Shown: one piece after another, positions 50,608 through 60,128 of the stretch
Layout: each line of letters begins with the position of its first letter
Position numbering within the stretch: position 1 is the first letter of the stretch
NCBI GenBank assembly: GCA_903901225.1
Contig: CAIUQE010000006.1
Location: 15,369 to 79,368, forward strand
DNA from: Candidatus Omnitrophota bacterium
Lineage (GTDB): Bacteria; Omnitrophota; Gorgyraeia; Zapsychrales; Fredricksoniimonadaceae
Reading direction: 5' to 3'
Length of the DNA stretch: 64,000 bases
Program-made: the position numbers and the translations under genes
The notes under the pieces: model-generated
Database searches by the model: none
Told to the model about the DNA's origin: nothing
What the model saw: the letters and a program-made list of their open reading frames with translations, nothing else

Positions 50608-51446
50608 AGGGAAAGCTTGATCCGGGTAACGGACAATGTCACGGCGTCACGCCCTGGTTCGTCTTTGGCTGTACCGCGAACAACGACCCTGGCCCCGATG
50701 AAACCATCCAGGAACGCCGGGTCACCCGCAAGGAAAACAGGATGCGCTTCGCCCTTGGGAGCGCCTGTCAATTTATACCCGTCAAAACCATCCAGTGCCG
50801 TCGTGGCCCTGGCAAGGATGCCTTGCGCCTCATACTGCCCGTCAGCAACCGCCGTCAGCCCCGCAAACTTCGCCGCGCGCTGGCGTTCAGTTCCTTCTTG
50901 GGCGGCATTGGCCCTTGCCGCCGCGTCAGACGGATCGGCAAATGAACGGGCAGGGACCTGGGAACTTTTGAATTCCAGAAGATCTTCACGGACCCACCCG
51001 CCGGCCTTCGCAAGCGGGCGTATCCACAACCAGTCATTCTTGTTCTCTTTAATGAAGAATTGATCCCCGCGCACCAGCTGCCCGACGATCGCCGCTGTGG
51101 TATTGGCCCGCGCGCGGATATTCACGCGATCAGCGGTGACCTGCGCCACATCAACGGCCAACAGTTTGACATAGTCCATCTTCACAAAAAGCGACGCGCC
51201 TTCCGGGAGCCGGACCTTGTACCAGGAATACTGCTTCCCGACGACAACAAGCTCGTCCCCCTTGTGGGCGACGCCAAGCGACTCAAAATTGTTGCTCTGC
51301 CCGGCACGAATATTGACATGATCGGCCGAGACACGGCCCGTGAAAGGGAACTGTGGCGAGGGGACAACAGGCGCGGCATGCGCCGCCAAAGGCAGGATAA
51401 AATGGGAACAGGCCAAAAAGACTGCGACCAAAAGACGTTTCGACAT
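50604..51446 (-). CDS. Secreted protein with bacterial SH3 domains
   Basis: Signal peptide and two SH3b-like repeats (VNIRAG.S......VG...GDELVVVGK, VNIRARANTTAAIVGQLVRGDQFFI). Confidence 0.65.
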   Translation of the reverse strand: MSKRLLVAVFLACSHFILPLAAHAAPVVPSPQFPFTGRVSADHVNIRAGQSNNFESLGVAHKGDELVVVGKQYSWYKVRLPEGASLFVKMDYVKLLAVDVAQVTADRVNIRARANTTAAIVGQLVRGDQFFIKENKNDWLWIRPLAKAGGWVREDLLEFKSSQVPARSFADPSDAAARANAAQEGTERQRAAKFAGLTAVADGQYEAQGILARATTALDGFDGYKLTGAPKGEAHPVFLAGDPAFLDGFIGARVVVRGTAKDEPGRDAVTLSVTRIKLSL

Positions 51447-51484
51447 AATTTACCGGACCCTGACCCGCAAGACGCCGCGTTCGC

Positions 51485-51766
51485 CTATTTCTTGGCGCCG
51501 GCTGCCGGCTTGGCCGCCGGTTTGGCAGCCGCAGAAGCCGCTGCGGGAGCTGCGGCGCCAACTTTAGCGGCGGCACCAGCTGCTTCTTTGGCTTTCTTCT
51601 TGCCGGCCTTGACGCGGATCTGCTGGGTCTTCGGAAGGTTGGTGACGGTACTGGCGTCAGTCCACTGGCCTTTTTTCATAAGCTCATTGATGCGCTCGAT
51701 ACGCGTGAGGACCGTCCTCTGCGCCGCGCCAGCCTTGTCGATACGAAGCGATGAATGAAGTGACAT
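51485..51766 (-). CDS. Small basic protein with a Lys/Ala/Pro-rich histone-H1-like tail
   Basis: 93 aa with C-terminus KAGKKKAKEAAGAAAKVGAAAPAAASAAAKPAAKPAAGAKK. This composition is not what GC-rich noise produces. Confidence 0.5.
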   Translation of the reverse strand: MSLHSSLRIDKAGAAQRTVLTRIERINELMKKGQWTDASTVTNLPKTQQIRVKAGKKKAKEAAGAAAKVGAAAPAAASAAAKPAAKPAAGAKK

Positions 51767-51767
51767 A

Positions 51768-52394
51768 TCACAATCTCCTGACTAAAGAATCACGATAAAG
51801 ACTTTTTAACTGCCTTCTGGTATCCGAAGAATCTTCTTTCCTTTGAAAATTCCCGACACACACAATGGTATAACTCCCCTTGGGAAGAACATACACATCC
51901 TTGAACCCTTTTTGCTTGAGCAGGTCCGCCGCGCGCTGGGCTGGCCCCTCAAACTTGTAAGACGCGACCTGCACGGTATAAGCGCCGCTTCCCGCCACCG
52001 CTGTCCCGGCCGCCGGAACAATCCCCTCATCAGCCGCGGGCTTTCCCTTGACCATGGTCTGGGACGAAAGCGCGGGGGCTTTCAATTTCTGGTTATCCGC
52101 CGGCGAAGCTTTCACGTCGTCTTTAACAGCGCCCCTGTCGTTCTTCACGACCGAAACATTCACGCTGGCCGTCTCGGACTGATCCGGCACGCTCAAAGCG
52201 ATCTTCTTCCCGCGCTCGATCCCCATCGCGAAAGAAAAGATGACCATCATTATAGCCACGATCGATAAAATTACAAGATTTTCCAAAGAAAGGCTGATCT
52301 GCGCCGCCATGTAACGGGGCTGAAGATTCTCACCTTCTTTTCCCGAAGCCTGCGAGAGAAAATCGATCTGTCTTTCTTTATAATTAATATTCAT
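51768..52394 (-). CDS. Membrane-anchored SPOR-domain protein (septal peptidoglycan binding)
   Basis: TM helix, then a C-terminal SPOR domain (YTVQVASYKFEGPAQRAADLLKQKGFKDVYVL...SYTIVCVGNF). Confidence 0.75.
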   Translation of the reverse strand: MNINYKERQIDFLSQASGKEGENLQPRYMAAQISLSLENLVILSIVAIMMVIFSFAMGIERGKKIALSVPDQSETASVNVSVVKNDRGAVKDDVKASPADNQKLKAPALSSQTMVKGKPAADEGIVPAAGTAVAGSGAYTVQVASYKFEGPAQRAADLLKQKGFKDVYVLPKGSYTIVCVGNFQRKEDSSDTRRQLKSLYRDSLVRRL

Positions 52395-52442
52395 TTTTTT
52401 GGACCCTGAGCGGTATTTTTAAAGTGTACTATGATTATAGTT

Positions 52443-53513
52443 TTATTTACGAACAGTGCTCAAGAAGTTTCTGAATTTTTTTTCTTTCGACAACACGAGG
52501 AACACATCCACGACATGCGGATCGAACTGGGTGCCGCTGTGGCGCCCGACCTCCCTGAGAGCCGCGTCCACTGTCAGGCGTTTGCGGTAAGGCCTCCCCT
52601 GCACCATGCTCTCGAACGCGTCGACGACCGACATGATGCGCGCGCCGAGCGGGATCTGGTCCTTCTTGAGTCCCGACGGATATCCGGTACCGTCGTATTT
52701 CTCATGCAGATAAAGCACAACGGGAAGAACAGGCTTCAAGAACTCAAAAGGCTTGATCAGGTCCGCGCTCTTGCGGGGAAGATTGCGGATCACCTTGAAC
52801 TCCTGCGCCGACAATTGCTTCTTTTTCGCCAGGATCTGGTACGGGATATCGATCGCGCCGACGTTATGCAGGACGCTGGCGTAGTAAAGATTGTTCGCGC
52901 TCTCCGCGTCCATCCGCAGCCTCTGGGAAACAGCCTTAACGATCTTGAAATACACGGGGCTGTGCAAGCGGTAATGAGGATTCTGTTTCTCAAGGAGCGT
53001 CCGGACAAGCTTCATCGCGTCGAGGAGTATCTTCTGCTGCTGCTCGGAGAACTGCAGGTTCTTGATCGCCGTCACGGACTGCTCGGCGAAGATCGTGAAC
53101 ATTTCACGGTCATAGTCGTCGAACGCCGGCTCATTATCCCTGCGCTTGATGATGATCGCCCCGATGCATTCGTCGGTGACAAGGGGCATCCCCATCATCC
53201 GCTCGTCGAAGATCGACGCCCCCTCGGTGACGCTTTTTTCCCTGGCACTGATGCGCCTGAGCTCCTGCGGCTTGGTGACGATGTAATTGATCTCGTTGTT
53301 AAATACCGCGATCATGGCGAGCTTCTGGCTATCGGGAGCAAGAAGATAAATATTGGCAGAGGTCGCCTTGACAAACTGGCACAGAAGCCGGGTCAGCCTC
53401 AGCGAGAGTTCTTTCAGGTTCGGTGTTGAATTCACCAGGCGATACACGATGTGCACCGCCGAAATGATCTGTTTATACTTTTTTGTAAGGCTCGAAGAAT
53501 CGTTTATATTCAT
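52443..53513 (-). CDS. GAF-domain HD-GYP phosphodiesterase (c-di-GMP hydrolase)
   Basis: An N-terminal GAF-like region, then an HD motif and HEKYDGTGYP (the HD-GYP signature). Confidence 0.8.
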   Translation of the reverse strand: MNINDSSSLTKKYKQIISAVHIVYRLVNSTPNLKELSLRLTRLLCQFVKATSANIYLLAPDSQKLAMIAVFNNEINYIVTKPQELRRISAREKSVTEGASIFDERMMGMPLVTDECIGAIIIKRRDNEPAFDDYDREMFTIFAEQSVTAIKNLQFSEQQQKILLDAMKLVRTLLEKQNPHYRLHSPVYFKIVKAVSQRLRMDAESANNLYYASVLHNVGAIDIPYQILAKKKQLSAQEFKVIRNLPRKSADLIKPFEFLKPVLPVVLYLHEKYDGTGYPSGLKKDQIPLGARIMSVVDAFESMVQGRPYRKRLTVDAALREVGRHSGTQFDPHVVDVFLVLSKEKKFRNFLSTVRK

Positions 53514-54684
53514 CCAACGCCGCCCTGTCGGTCATTGCCGCGATATAATTGCACACAACCATATGTTTTTCCTTCTCGGAATAATGGCGCGATCTATCGT
53601 ATATATCATACGGCAACTGTTTGGGATTGTCCAGATAGACATCAAAAAGCTCATTGAGAATGCGGCGCGCCTTGGAAGTCATGCGCTCCACGCGCCAGTG
53701 ATGGTAAACTTTCTCAAACAAAATGTTCTGCAATTGGGCGCGTTCACGGACCATCTTGTCGGAAAAATTAATACTGCCCTTGCCATGTTTCTTCGCAAGG
53801 TCTTCCAGCGGCTTGCCGGCATACCCGTCCAGGCGCGCTGACGTGGCCGAAAGCAGGTCCTGGACCTGCATGTCGATGAGCGCGCGCACCACCTGGTACT
53901 TGAACACCGGGTCGGTCGGCGCAAGGCCCGGACGCTTGATCGCGTCCACAGCCTGCCGCCAAAGGCCGCTTTCCCGCAGGTCCTCGGCCGTGATACAGCC
54001 GGAGGTCAAGCCGTCGTCAATGTCATGATTGAGATAAGCCAGGGAATCGGCCTTATCCACCACCTGGGCTTCGAGCGAGCAGGCCCTGACCTTGAGCTTG
54101 CGCGCGAATTCCTTCCCACCCGCCACGTTCGCCCCCGCGACCTTGTCATAGAGCGTCTCGTGCTTAAGGATGCCGACGAGCACCTCGACCGTGAGGTTGA
54201 GGCCGTCAAAGTCCGGATAACGTTTCTCAAAACGGGTTACGATGTCAAAGCTCCGGCGGTTGTGGTTGAATCCGTCGAGCCCGGCCTTCTTCAGGCGCTG
54301 GTCAAGGGCATCTTCGCCCGCGTGGCCGAAAGGCGGATGCCCCAGGTCATGCGCCAGCGCGACGGCTTCGATAATATCCTCGTTCAAACAAAGGTTGCGG
54401 CCGATGCTGCGCGCCAGCTGGGCCACTTCAAGGGTATGCGTGAGGCGGGTGCGGTAATAATCATTCTCAAAAACAACAAAAACCTGGGTCTTGTACTCAA
54501 GTTTGCGGAACGCTTCGCTGTGAACAACGCGGTCACGGTCACGCTGGAAACACGTGCGGCTCGCGTGTTCGGCCTCGTTGAACTGCCTCCCCCACGACGC
54601 GCTCGCGTGCGTCGCGTATGAGGCCAGCAACTTATTTTCGTTCTTTTCTATCTCGGCCCTTGTTCTCATTGACGATCCGTTCAT
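53473..54684 (-). CDS. dGTP triphosphohydrolase-like HD-domain protein
   Basis: FQRDRDRVVHSEAFRKLEYKTQVF, and HTLEVAQLARSIG...HDLGHPPFGH. Confidence 0.9.
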   Translation of the reverse strand: MNGSSMRTRAEIEKNENKLLASYATHASASWGRQFNEAEHASRTCFQRDRDRVVHSEAFRKLEYKTQVFVVFENDYYRTRLTHTLEVAQLARSIGRNLCLNEDIIEAVALAHDLGHPPFGHAGEDALDQRLKKAGLDGFNHNRRSFDIVTRFEKRYPDFDGLNLTVEVLVGILKHETLYDKVAGANVAGGKEFARKLKVRACSLEAQVVDKADSLAYLNHDIDDGLTSGCITAEDLRESGLWRQAVDAIKRPGLAPTDPVFKYQVVRALIDMQVQDLLSATSARLDGYAGKPLEDLAKKHGKGSINFSDKMVRERAQLQNILFEKVYHHWRVERMTSKARRILNELFDVYLDNPKQLPYDIYDRSRHYSEKEKHMVVCNYIAAMTDRAALDEYKRFFEPYKKV

Positions 54685-55141
54685 AAGTATCTTCGAGCGA
54701 GACCGGGATCACTTTTGTCCCGAACAATGCCGGAAGGAAATTGACGTCCCCCGACCAGCGCGGGACAACGTGGATATGCAGATGTTCAGGGATACCGGCG
54801 CCGGCCAGATGGCCGATGTTCATCCCCACGTTGAACGCCTGGGGTTTAAATGCCCTGCGGCACATGGCCTTGACCTTGATAAGGGCGTCCATCAGGTCCG
54901 TCCGCTCCTCTGCGCTCAACTTTTCAAGGCTGTCCACGTGGCGCTGCGGAAGCACCAGGGCATGCCCGCCGTTGAATGGATAAATGTTCAAAACGCCGAA
55001 TGAATGTTCTGTGCGCAGAAAAATGTAGCGCTCCCTGTCTTTCTTCTCCTTCAGGATTCGGCAGAACACGCAGCCTTTTTTCTTTGGCCGGCTCATCTTC
55101 TCGACATATGGTTTGCGCCACGGCGCCCAAAGGACATCCAT
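54632..55141 (-). CDS. HIT-family hydrolase
   Basis: Histidine triad HLHIHVVPR, plus a CxxC N-terminal zinc motif. Confidence 0.85.
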   Translation of the reverse strand: MDVLWAPWRKPYVEKMSRPKKKGCVFCRILKEKKDRERYIFLRTEHSFGVLNIYPFNGGHALVLPQRHVDSLEKLSAEERTDLMDALIKVKAMCRRAFKPQAFNVGMNIGHLAGAGIPEHLHIHVVPRWSGDVNFLPALFGTKVIPVSLEDTYERIVNENKGRDRKERK

Positions 55142-55620
55142 TACCCGAGCCTCACGATCTTCGCTTTTACCTTGCCGTCCTTCAGTTCCAGGACCCCGTA
55201 GGAAAGATACGGCGCGCGGATCTTGTCCGTCGGGCTTCCCGGATTGAAAAAAATGATCCCGCCCAGCGTTTCATTGTACGGCTCATGGGAATGGCCGAAA
55301 ACAACGATCTTCACGCCCTGATCCTTGAACTGCCGGGCCAACCGGTCCACCATGCCCACCGGGCTGCCTTCGCCGTGGACAAGGCCGATGCGGACCCCTT
55401 CACATTCGAAAACGGTCTGCTTCGGAAGACACTCGCGCAGCGCCATCCCGTCCATATTGCCATAAACAGCGCGGACATCCTTCATGGCCTCAAGCTGGCG
55501 GTAAAACCCGATATCCGCGAAATCACCGGCATGCACGACCATATCCGCGCCGGCGATCTCCCTGACAAGGGCCGCGGGCAGCGGGCTGGAATGCGTGTCA
55601 GAAAGAACAATGATCTTCAT
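55141..55620 (-). CDS. YfcE/MJ0936-family metallophosphoesterase
   Basis: Motifs DTH, GDFAD, GNMD, GHSH in the canonical order. 159 aa. Confidence 0.85.
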   Translation of the reverse strand: MKIIVLSDTHSSPLPAALVREIAGADMVVHAGDFADIGFYRQLEAMKDVRAVYGNMDGMALRECLPKQTVFECEGVRIGLVHGEGSPVGMVDRLARQFKDQGVKIVVFGHSHEPYNETLGGIIFFNPGSPTDKIRAPYLSYGVLELKDGKVKAKIVRLG

Positions 55621-57236
55621 GAAACGATGTAGGGCTTATCGTAGAGGCTCATCAGGGAATTAAGCTCCGGCTCATTCCATATCCACATGCGCTCCTGGAG
55701 CGCCCTGAGCTTCGCGCCGTCATCCAGCGCGGCAAGCGACACGATGACGCAACGGCGCGGGCGGACGCCCAGCTTGCGCGCTTCATCGGCGATGGCATTA
55801 ATGTCCCCCTCGGCAAGAGGATCTTTCCGAAGGACAAGAAGCCACGGCCCTTCCTCGGTCTGAGCCTGCAGGACGTCAAAATAATTCCCGCAGCGGTTGC
55901 TGATCTTGAGCGGCTTGACATCCGTGAAGACCGGAAGCCTGTAAAGATGGCCGTGCAGGCTGAGGATCTCGTTCTCAAAACAGCGGACAAGCTCCGTAAC
56001 CCGGGTCGAAAGGTCTTTGCGGGCTGTCAGATGAAAATCGTTCAGCGCGCGGGTAACTTCATCCTTGAACTCCCTGGTCTGGCGCCCGGGCTCCATATCC
56101 ACCGCCCGGACACGGCGCTGGAACACATACTTCACCCAGTAACGGAAAAGCTTGTCCTTGATGTGGAAATAAGTGCCGTTCTTTTCAACGACATCCTGTT
56201 CGATCAGGTAAGCAAGCTTCAGCGTGACAGCTCCCTGCTTGGCGGCCAAGACGTCCATGATGTCCTTTGTTTTATGCGTGCCATTCGCCAGGGCGAAAAG
56301 GATATCCATGACAAGGCGGTTCGCGCGGCCGGAACAAAGGCGGTCGACGACAAGTTCAAAATGGCGGCTCAACGCGCCCCAACGGCTGAAAACAAGATTC
56401 TCGACAGCCTGGACGACCAGCGGCGCGTACACTTCCTGCTGCTTGTAGATCGCGCTCAGGTTAATAAGCTCGTGCAGGAGGATATCCAGGTAGAGCGGCC
56501 GCCCGCCGGTAAAGTCAGCGAGGAAGTTGCGCAGGGACAGCCCCATGCGAACATCAGCCATCCGCTGTTCAATGAAATGCTGGCTGGCCTTGAGATCGAA
56601 CGGCTGGATATCCACGACCTCGAAATTCCCGAACAACAGCGTCAGCTTCTCGGAAAGGATCTTCCTGGCAAGCCCTTCGTAAGAGCTGGTGATGATAAAA
56701 AGGCATTTCTTCTGGGTCGTAATGCTGTCAGCCAGGAGCTTGAAAGGCTCGGGGACGCCGAGATCCTCAAGCCTGTGAAATTCATCGAGAATAAAAACGC
56801 ACGCCACCCCCGACTCCCGGATCAGCGTGTCCGGCAAGCGAAGGACCGCCTGGTACGCGTCGGCGAAACGCCCCTTCTCGACAAGGGCCAAAGCCTCGAC
56901 CGCCGCCGCCGCCGTGCACGGGATAAAAGGGTGCACCGTCCTGGCCAGTAAGGGGAGAGACTCCTGCAACGGAAGCCCTTTGATCCTCGCGTACTGATAA
57001 AGGATGCTGCGCGTTGCCCTGGAAACAAAATAATGGATATCCCGGCCTTCAAGGTCGAGGTACAAAGGCACAACCCCGTTGTCGTCGAAGTCATTGAGGA
57101 ATTTAAGGAGGATGGCGCTCTTGCCGATATAAGAACTGCCGATGAAGGCGAGGTTCTGGCGGCAACCCTCTTTAAGGTCGCCGACACGCTTGCGGATCAA
57201 ATCCAGGGTCTCTTTTCTACCGCAAAAATGGGTCAT
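55617..57236 (-). CDS. Archaeal-type ATPase (Arch_ATPase) with DUF234-like C-terminal domain
   Basis: Walker A GSSYIGKSAI, Walker B FILDEFHRLE. 539 aa. Start codon overlaps the metallophosphoesterase stop (ATGA). Confidence 0.7.
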   Translation of the reverse strand: MTHFCGRKETLDLIRKRVGDLKEGCRQNLAFIGSSYIGKSAILLKFLNDFDDNGVVPLYLDLEGRDIHYFVSRATRSILYQYARIKGLPLQESLPLLARTVHPFIPCTAAAAVEALALVEKGRFADAYQAVLRLPDTLIRESGVACVFILDEFHRLEDLGVPEPFKLLADSITTQKKCLFIITSSYEGLARKILSEKLTLLFGNFEVVDIQPFDLKASQHFIEQRMADVRMGLSLRNFLADFTGGRPLYLDILLHELINLSAIYKQQEVYAPLVVQAVENLVFSRWGALSRHFELVVDRLCSGRANRLVMDILFALANGTHKTKDIMDVLAAKQGAVTLKLAYLIEQDVVEKNGTYFHIKDKLFRYWVKYVFQRRVRAVDMEPGRQTREFKDEVTRALNDFHLTARKDLSTRVTELVRCFENEILSLHGHLYRLPVFTDVKPLKISNRCGNYFDVLQAQTEEGPWLLVLRKDPLAEGDINAIADEARKLGVRPRRCVIVSLAALDDGAKLRALQERMWIWNEPELNSLMSLYDKPYIVS

Positions 57237-57256
57237 GTCAAACGTCTTGCCTTGAT

Positions 57257-57949
57257 TTAGGGAAGATAAAGCAACGGATTCGTTGCCTTGCCGCCCCTGC
57301 GCACTTCAAAATGCAAATATGCCAGATCACCGACCTGCGCGATCTTCCCGCCGCGGGACACGCGGTCACCAAGCCCGACCATCAGGCGGGTGTTATGCGC
57401 GTAAACAGTAAAAAATCCGTCGCCGTGATCGAGGATGACCGTCTCGCCATACCCGGCCAGATGGTCAGCCAGGACCACATTGCCTTCGCGCGCGGCCTTG
57501 ACGTCATCCCCGTCGCCCACCCTGATATCAATGCCCTCGTTCGCCGTCAGGCCATGGCGCTCCTGAAAATACGACACCACCTTGCCCGTGACGGGCCAGG
57601 CGTAATCCGACGCGTTCTCCGTCAATGAGGGGACGACGACAGTCCGGACACTGTCCGCGCCTGGAATAAAAATAAGCTGATTTTCTTCGATGGATGCCGC
57701 ACTGGGGATGCCATTGGCTTGAATGATGCTCTCAACAGGGACCTTATACGTTTTGGCGATACGCCAGAGCGTTTCACCTTTATTGACCTTGTGCTGAACG
57801 CCTTTTTTCACGACAGGCTTTGCCGACGCGCCCGCGGACGGGGTTCCCGGTGCCACGGCCGGCGCGCGCACCGTCGCGCAACCCGCCAGGAAGAACAAAA
57901 CCCCCATGGCGGCACATCCCCGAAAAAGGATCCTAGTCAATAAGACCAT
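57257..57949 (-). CDS. LysM + M23 peptidase lipoprotein (NlpD-like)
   Basis: Lipobox FLAGC, a LysM (HKVNKGETLWRIAKTYKVPVESIIQANGI), and M23 motifs (HLAGYG...DHG, YLHFEV). Confidence 0.85.
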   Translation of the reverse strand: MVLLTRILFRGCAAMGVLFFLAGCATVRAPAVAPGTPSAGASAKPVVKKGVQHKVNKGETLWRIAKTYKVPVESIIQANGIPSAASIEENQLIFIPGADSVRTVVVPSLTENASDYAWPVTGKVVSYFQERHGLTANEGIDIRVGDGDDVKAAREGNVVLADHLAGYGETVILDHGDGFFTVYAHNTRLMVGLGDRVSRGGKIAQVGDLAYLHFEVRRGGKATNPLLYLP

Positions 57950-57960
57950 GTGAAGAATCT

Positions 57961-58034
57961 TGGAGCGAGAGACGGGGATCGAACCCGCGTAGCCAGCTTG
58001 GGAAGCTGGAATTCTACCACTGAATTACTCTCGC
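57961..58034 (-). tRNA. tRNA-Gly (anticodon CCC)
   Basis: Reverse complement GCGAGAGTAATTCAGTGGTAGAATTCCAGCTTCCCAAGCTGGCTACGCGGGTTCGATCCCCGTCTCTCGCTCCA. It folds as a cloverleaf with a 7-bp acceptor stem, anticodon loop TTCCCAA, a T-loop GGTTCGATCC and an encoded CCA. Confidence 0.9.
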
Positions 58035-58046
58035 GTAAGTAACCTG

Positions 58047-58685
58047 TTATCCCGATGTCAGGGCTCTTTTGAGTTCCTTCACCACGCGCGCAGGATCTCG
58101 CGCAAGAAGGATCTCCCGGCAAACCGCCACCCGCGTGACGCCATGCGCGCGCACAAGGTGGATATTGCTGCGCGTGATCCCGCCGATAAAAAAAACGGGG
58201 ATCTTCGCGCGACGGACCGCTGAGGCCAATAGCTTCATATCCATCGCCGGACGGCCGGGTTTGGTCAATGTCCTGAAGACCGAACCGAAGCCCGCGTAAT
58301 CAGCCCCCTCACGCCGGGCCCGGGCAAGATGCTCCAGGGTCTGGCAGGACTGGCCGACGATCGCCTCCCGCCCCGCGATAGCGCGCGCGCAAGCGACCGG
58401 AAGGTCATCCTGCCCCACGTGCACACCCGACGCCCCCGCGGCCGCGGCAATATCGGCGCGGTCGTTAACGATGAATGGTATACGGCCTTTCAAACAGCAC
58501 TGGGCGCGCCTGATGAACGCGAGCGCCTTCAAAACTGTTCCCAATTTATCACGAAGTTGAACAATGTCAACCCCGTTGTTGACCCCGGCCTGGAGCACTT
58601 CCCACAACCGCGCGTGATCACAGACCTGGGCGTCAAGGATCAGATAAAGGCTAGATCTTTCCCAGAGTTTCTTTTTCAATATCAT
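58047..58685 (-). CDS. thiE: Thiamine-phosphate synthase
   Basis: From MILKKKLWERSSLYLILD. Conserved VQLRDK, GVHVGQDD, and a C-terminal FIGGI phosphate-binding loop. The track ORF extends to 58853. Confidence 0.85.
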   Translation of the reverse strand: MILKKKLWERSSLYLILDAQVCDHARLWEVLQAGVNNGVDIVQLRDKLGTVLKALAFIRRAQCCLKGRIPFIVNDRADIAAAAGASGVHVGQDDLPVACARAIAGREAIVGQSCQTLEHLARARREGADYAGFGSVFRTLTKPGRPAMDMKLLASAVRRAKIPVFFIGGITRSNIHLVRAHGVTRVAVCREILLARDPARVVKELKRALTSG

Positions 58686-59070
58686 AGACGGCATACCGCA
58701 ATTTTTTGAACCCGGCCGCCACGCGGGCGTCCTTGAGCTTGGCGAACTCCTCCAACACCCGTAATGACTCCTTGACCCGTTGGGCATTGGCATAGTAAAT
58801 GTCACCCACGCCATCACGGCGGGACTCCCGCCCGATCGTCGCCCGGCCGACATCCCCGGTGATATCCCTGGCGGCCGCCATATCTTTCAACCCGAACCCG
58901 GCCGCGGCCGCGGTAACGCCATGACGGATCTTCTTGAACCGCGCCGTGACCTTCGGATCATCCCGCAGGAAGCGAAAAATGTCCTCACAGACCCGCAGCC
59001 CTTCCTTGGCACGGTTATAATTGGCATCGATCACGCGGCCTATCTGGGGATGTTTCAGGCGCGAAGGCAT
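58651..59070 (-). CDS. Conserved hypothetical protein co-operonic with thiE
   Basis: 139 aa ORF with coding-like composition that overlaps the thiE start. No confident family assignment. Confidence 0.45.
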   Translation of the reverse strand: MPSRLKHPQIGRVIDANYNRAKEGLRVCEDIFRFLRDDPKVTARFKKIRHGVTAAAAGFGLKDMAAARDITGDVGRATIGRESRRDGVGDIYYANAQRVKESLRVLEEFAKLKDARVAAGFKKLRYAVYDIEKETLGKI

Positions 59071-59546
59071 TGGCGCTGGATCTTTGCGATGATGCTGGTC
59101 GTGGACAGATGGTCGATATACGTGATGAACTCCACGCGGCCGCCGTTCGCCTTCACGGTGTCACTGCCCGCGACCACCTTGCCTTTCCAGTCAGCACCCT
59201 TGATCAGGACCTGGGGCTTGACCGCCTTGATCAGCGCCGACGGCGTTGGATCATCAAAAATAACAACAAAATCAACGCAGGCCAGCCCCGCGAGGACCGC
59301 GGCCCGCTGGTCCTGGGGCACGATCGGCCTCTGGGGCCCCTTGTCAAGCGTGCGCACGGACACATCGCTGTTAAGCCCCACAACGAGTATCCTGTCCTGC
59401 TTTTTGGCCCTCTCCAGATAACTCACATGCCCGTAATGAAGGATGTCGAAACAACCATTGGTAAAAGCAATGCAGCGCCGGCGGCGCAACGACGCCAGCT
59501 TCTTAATGAGGCCCGGGAGTGTGACGATCTTGTCCGAACTTTTCAT
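59055..59546 (-). CDS. D-glycero-beta-D-manno-heptose 1-phosphate adenylyltransferase (RfaE domain II-type cytidylyltransferase)
   Basis: FTNGCFDILHYGH nucleotidyltransferase motif. About 163 aa. The start overlaps the gmhA stop. Confidence 0.85.
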   Translation of the reverse strand: MKSSDKIVTLPGLIKKLASLRRRRCIAFTNGCFDILHYGHVSYLERAKKQDRILVVGLNSDVSVRTLDKGPQRPIVPQDQRAAVLAGLACVDFVVIFDDPTPSALIKAVKPQVLIKGADWKGKVVAGSDTVKANGGRVEFITYIDHLSTTSIIAKIQRQCLRA

Positions 59547-60112
59547 TTTAAGAAAGCATTCTCGACGACCTCGCAAATAGCATGAAAGATCGTGATATGG
59601 GATTCCTGGATACGCGCCGTTACGGAAGAGGCGACTACAACACTGATGTCAGCGGCCGCGGCCGCGGGTCCTCCATTACCACCCGTGAACGCCACGGTCG
59701 TAATGCCACGGGACTTCGCGGCCTCAAACGCTTTCAGGACGTTCTTTGACCTGCCGCTCGTCGATATCCCGAAAGCAACATCGCCCTTGTGCCCCAGAGC
59801 TTCCAGCTGACGGGAAAAAACAATATCATAACTGTAATCATTCGCCAAAGATGTGAGGATGGACGTATCGGTCGTGAGCGCGATGGCGGCCAGCGCGCGG
59901 CGCTCCTTCTGAAAACGGCCAATGAACTCCGCGGCCACATGCTGGCTGTCAGCCGCGGATCCTCCGTTACCAAAAAAGAAAAGCGTCCCGCCGCCCTTGA
60001 GGCAGTCGATCGACACCCGTGCCGCCTTCTCGATGGCGTCAATGTTGGCGTCAAGCGCCTGTTGCTTGACGGCAATGGAATCAGCGATAATGGAACGGAT
60101 GTTGTTTTTCAT
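59543..60112 (-). CDS. gmhA: Phosphoheptose isomerase (SIS domain)
   Basis: From MKNNIRSII. Motifs GNGGSAADSQH and ISTSGRSKNV. Confidence 0.85.
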   Translation of the reverse strand: MKNNIRSIIADSIAVKQQALDANIDAIEKAARVSIDCLKGGGTLFFFGNGGSAADSQHVAAEFIGRFQKERRALAAIALTTDTSILTSLANDYSYDIVFSRQLEALGHKGDVAFGISTSGRSKNVLKAFEAAKSRGITTVAFTGGNGGPAAAAADISVVVASSVTARIQESHITIFHAICEVVENAFLK

Positions 60113-60128
60113 AGGCGCGCTCCAGTCC

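Noticed and set aside
57961-58034. Possible tRNA-associated integration site (tRNA-Gly next to nlpD and thiE)
   Set aside because: No integrase, direct repeat of the tRNA 3' end, or compositional shift is visible adjacent to the tRNA.
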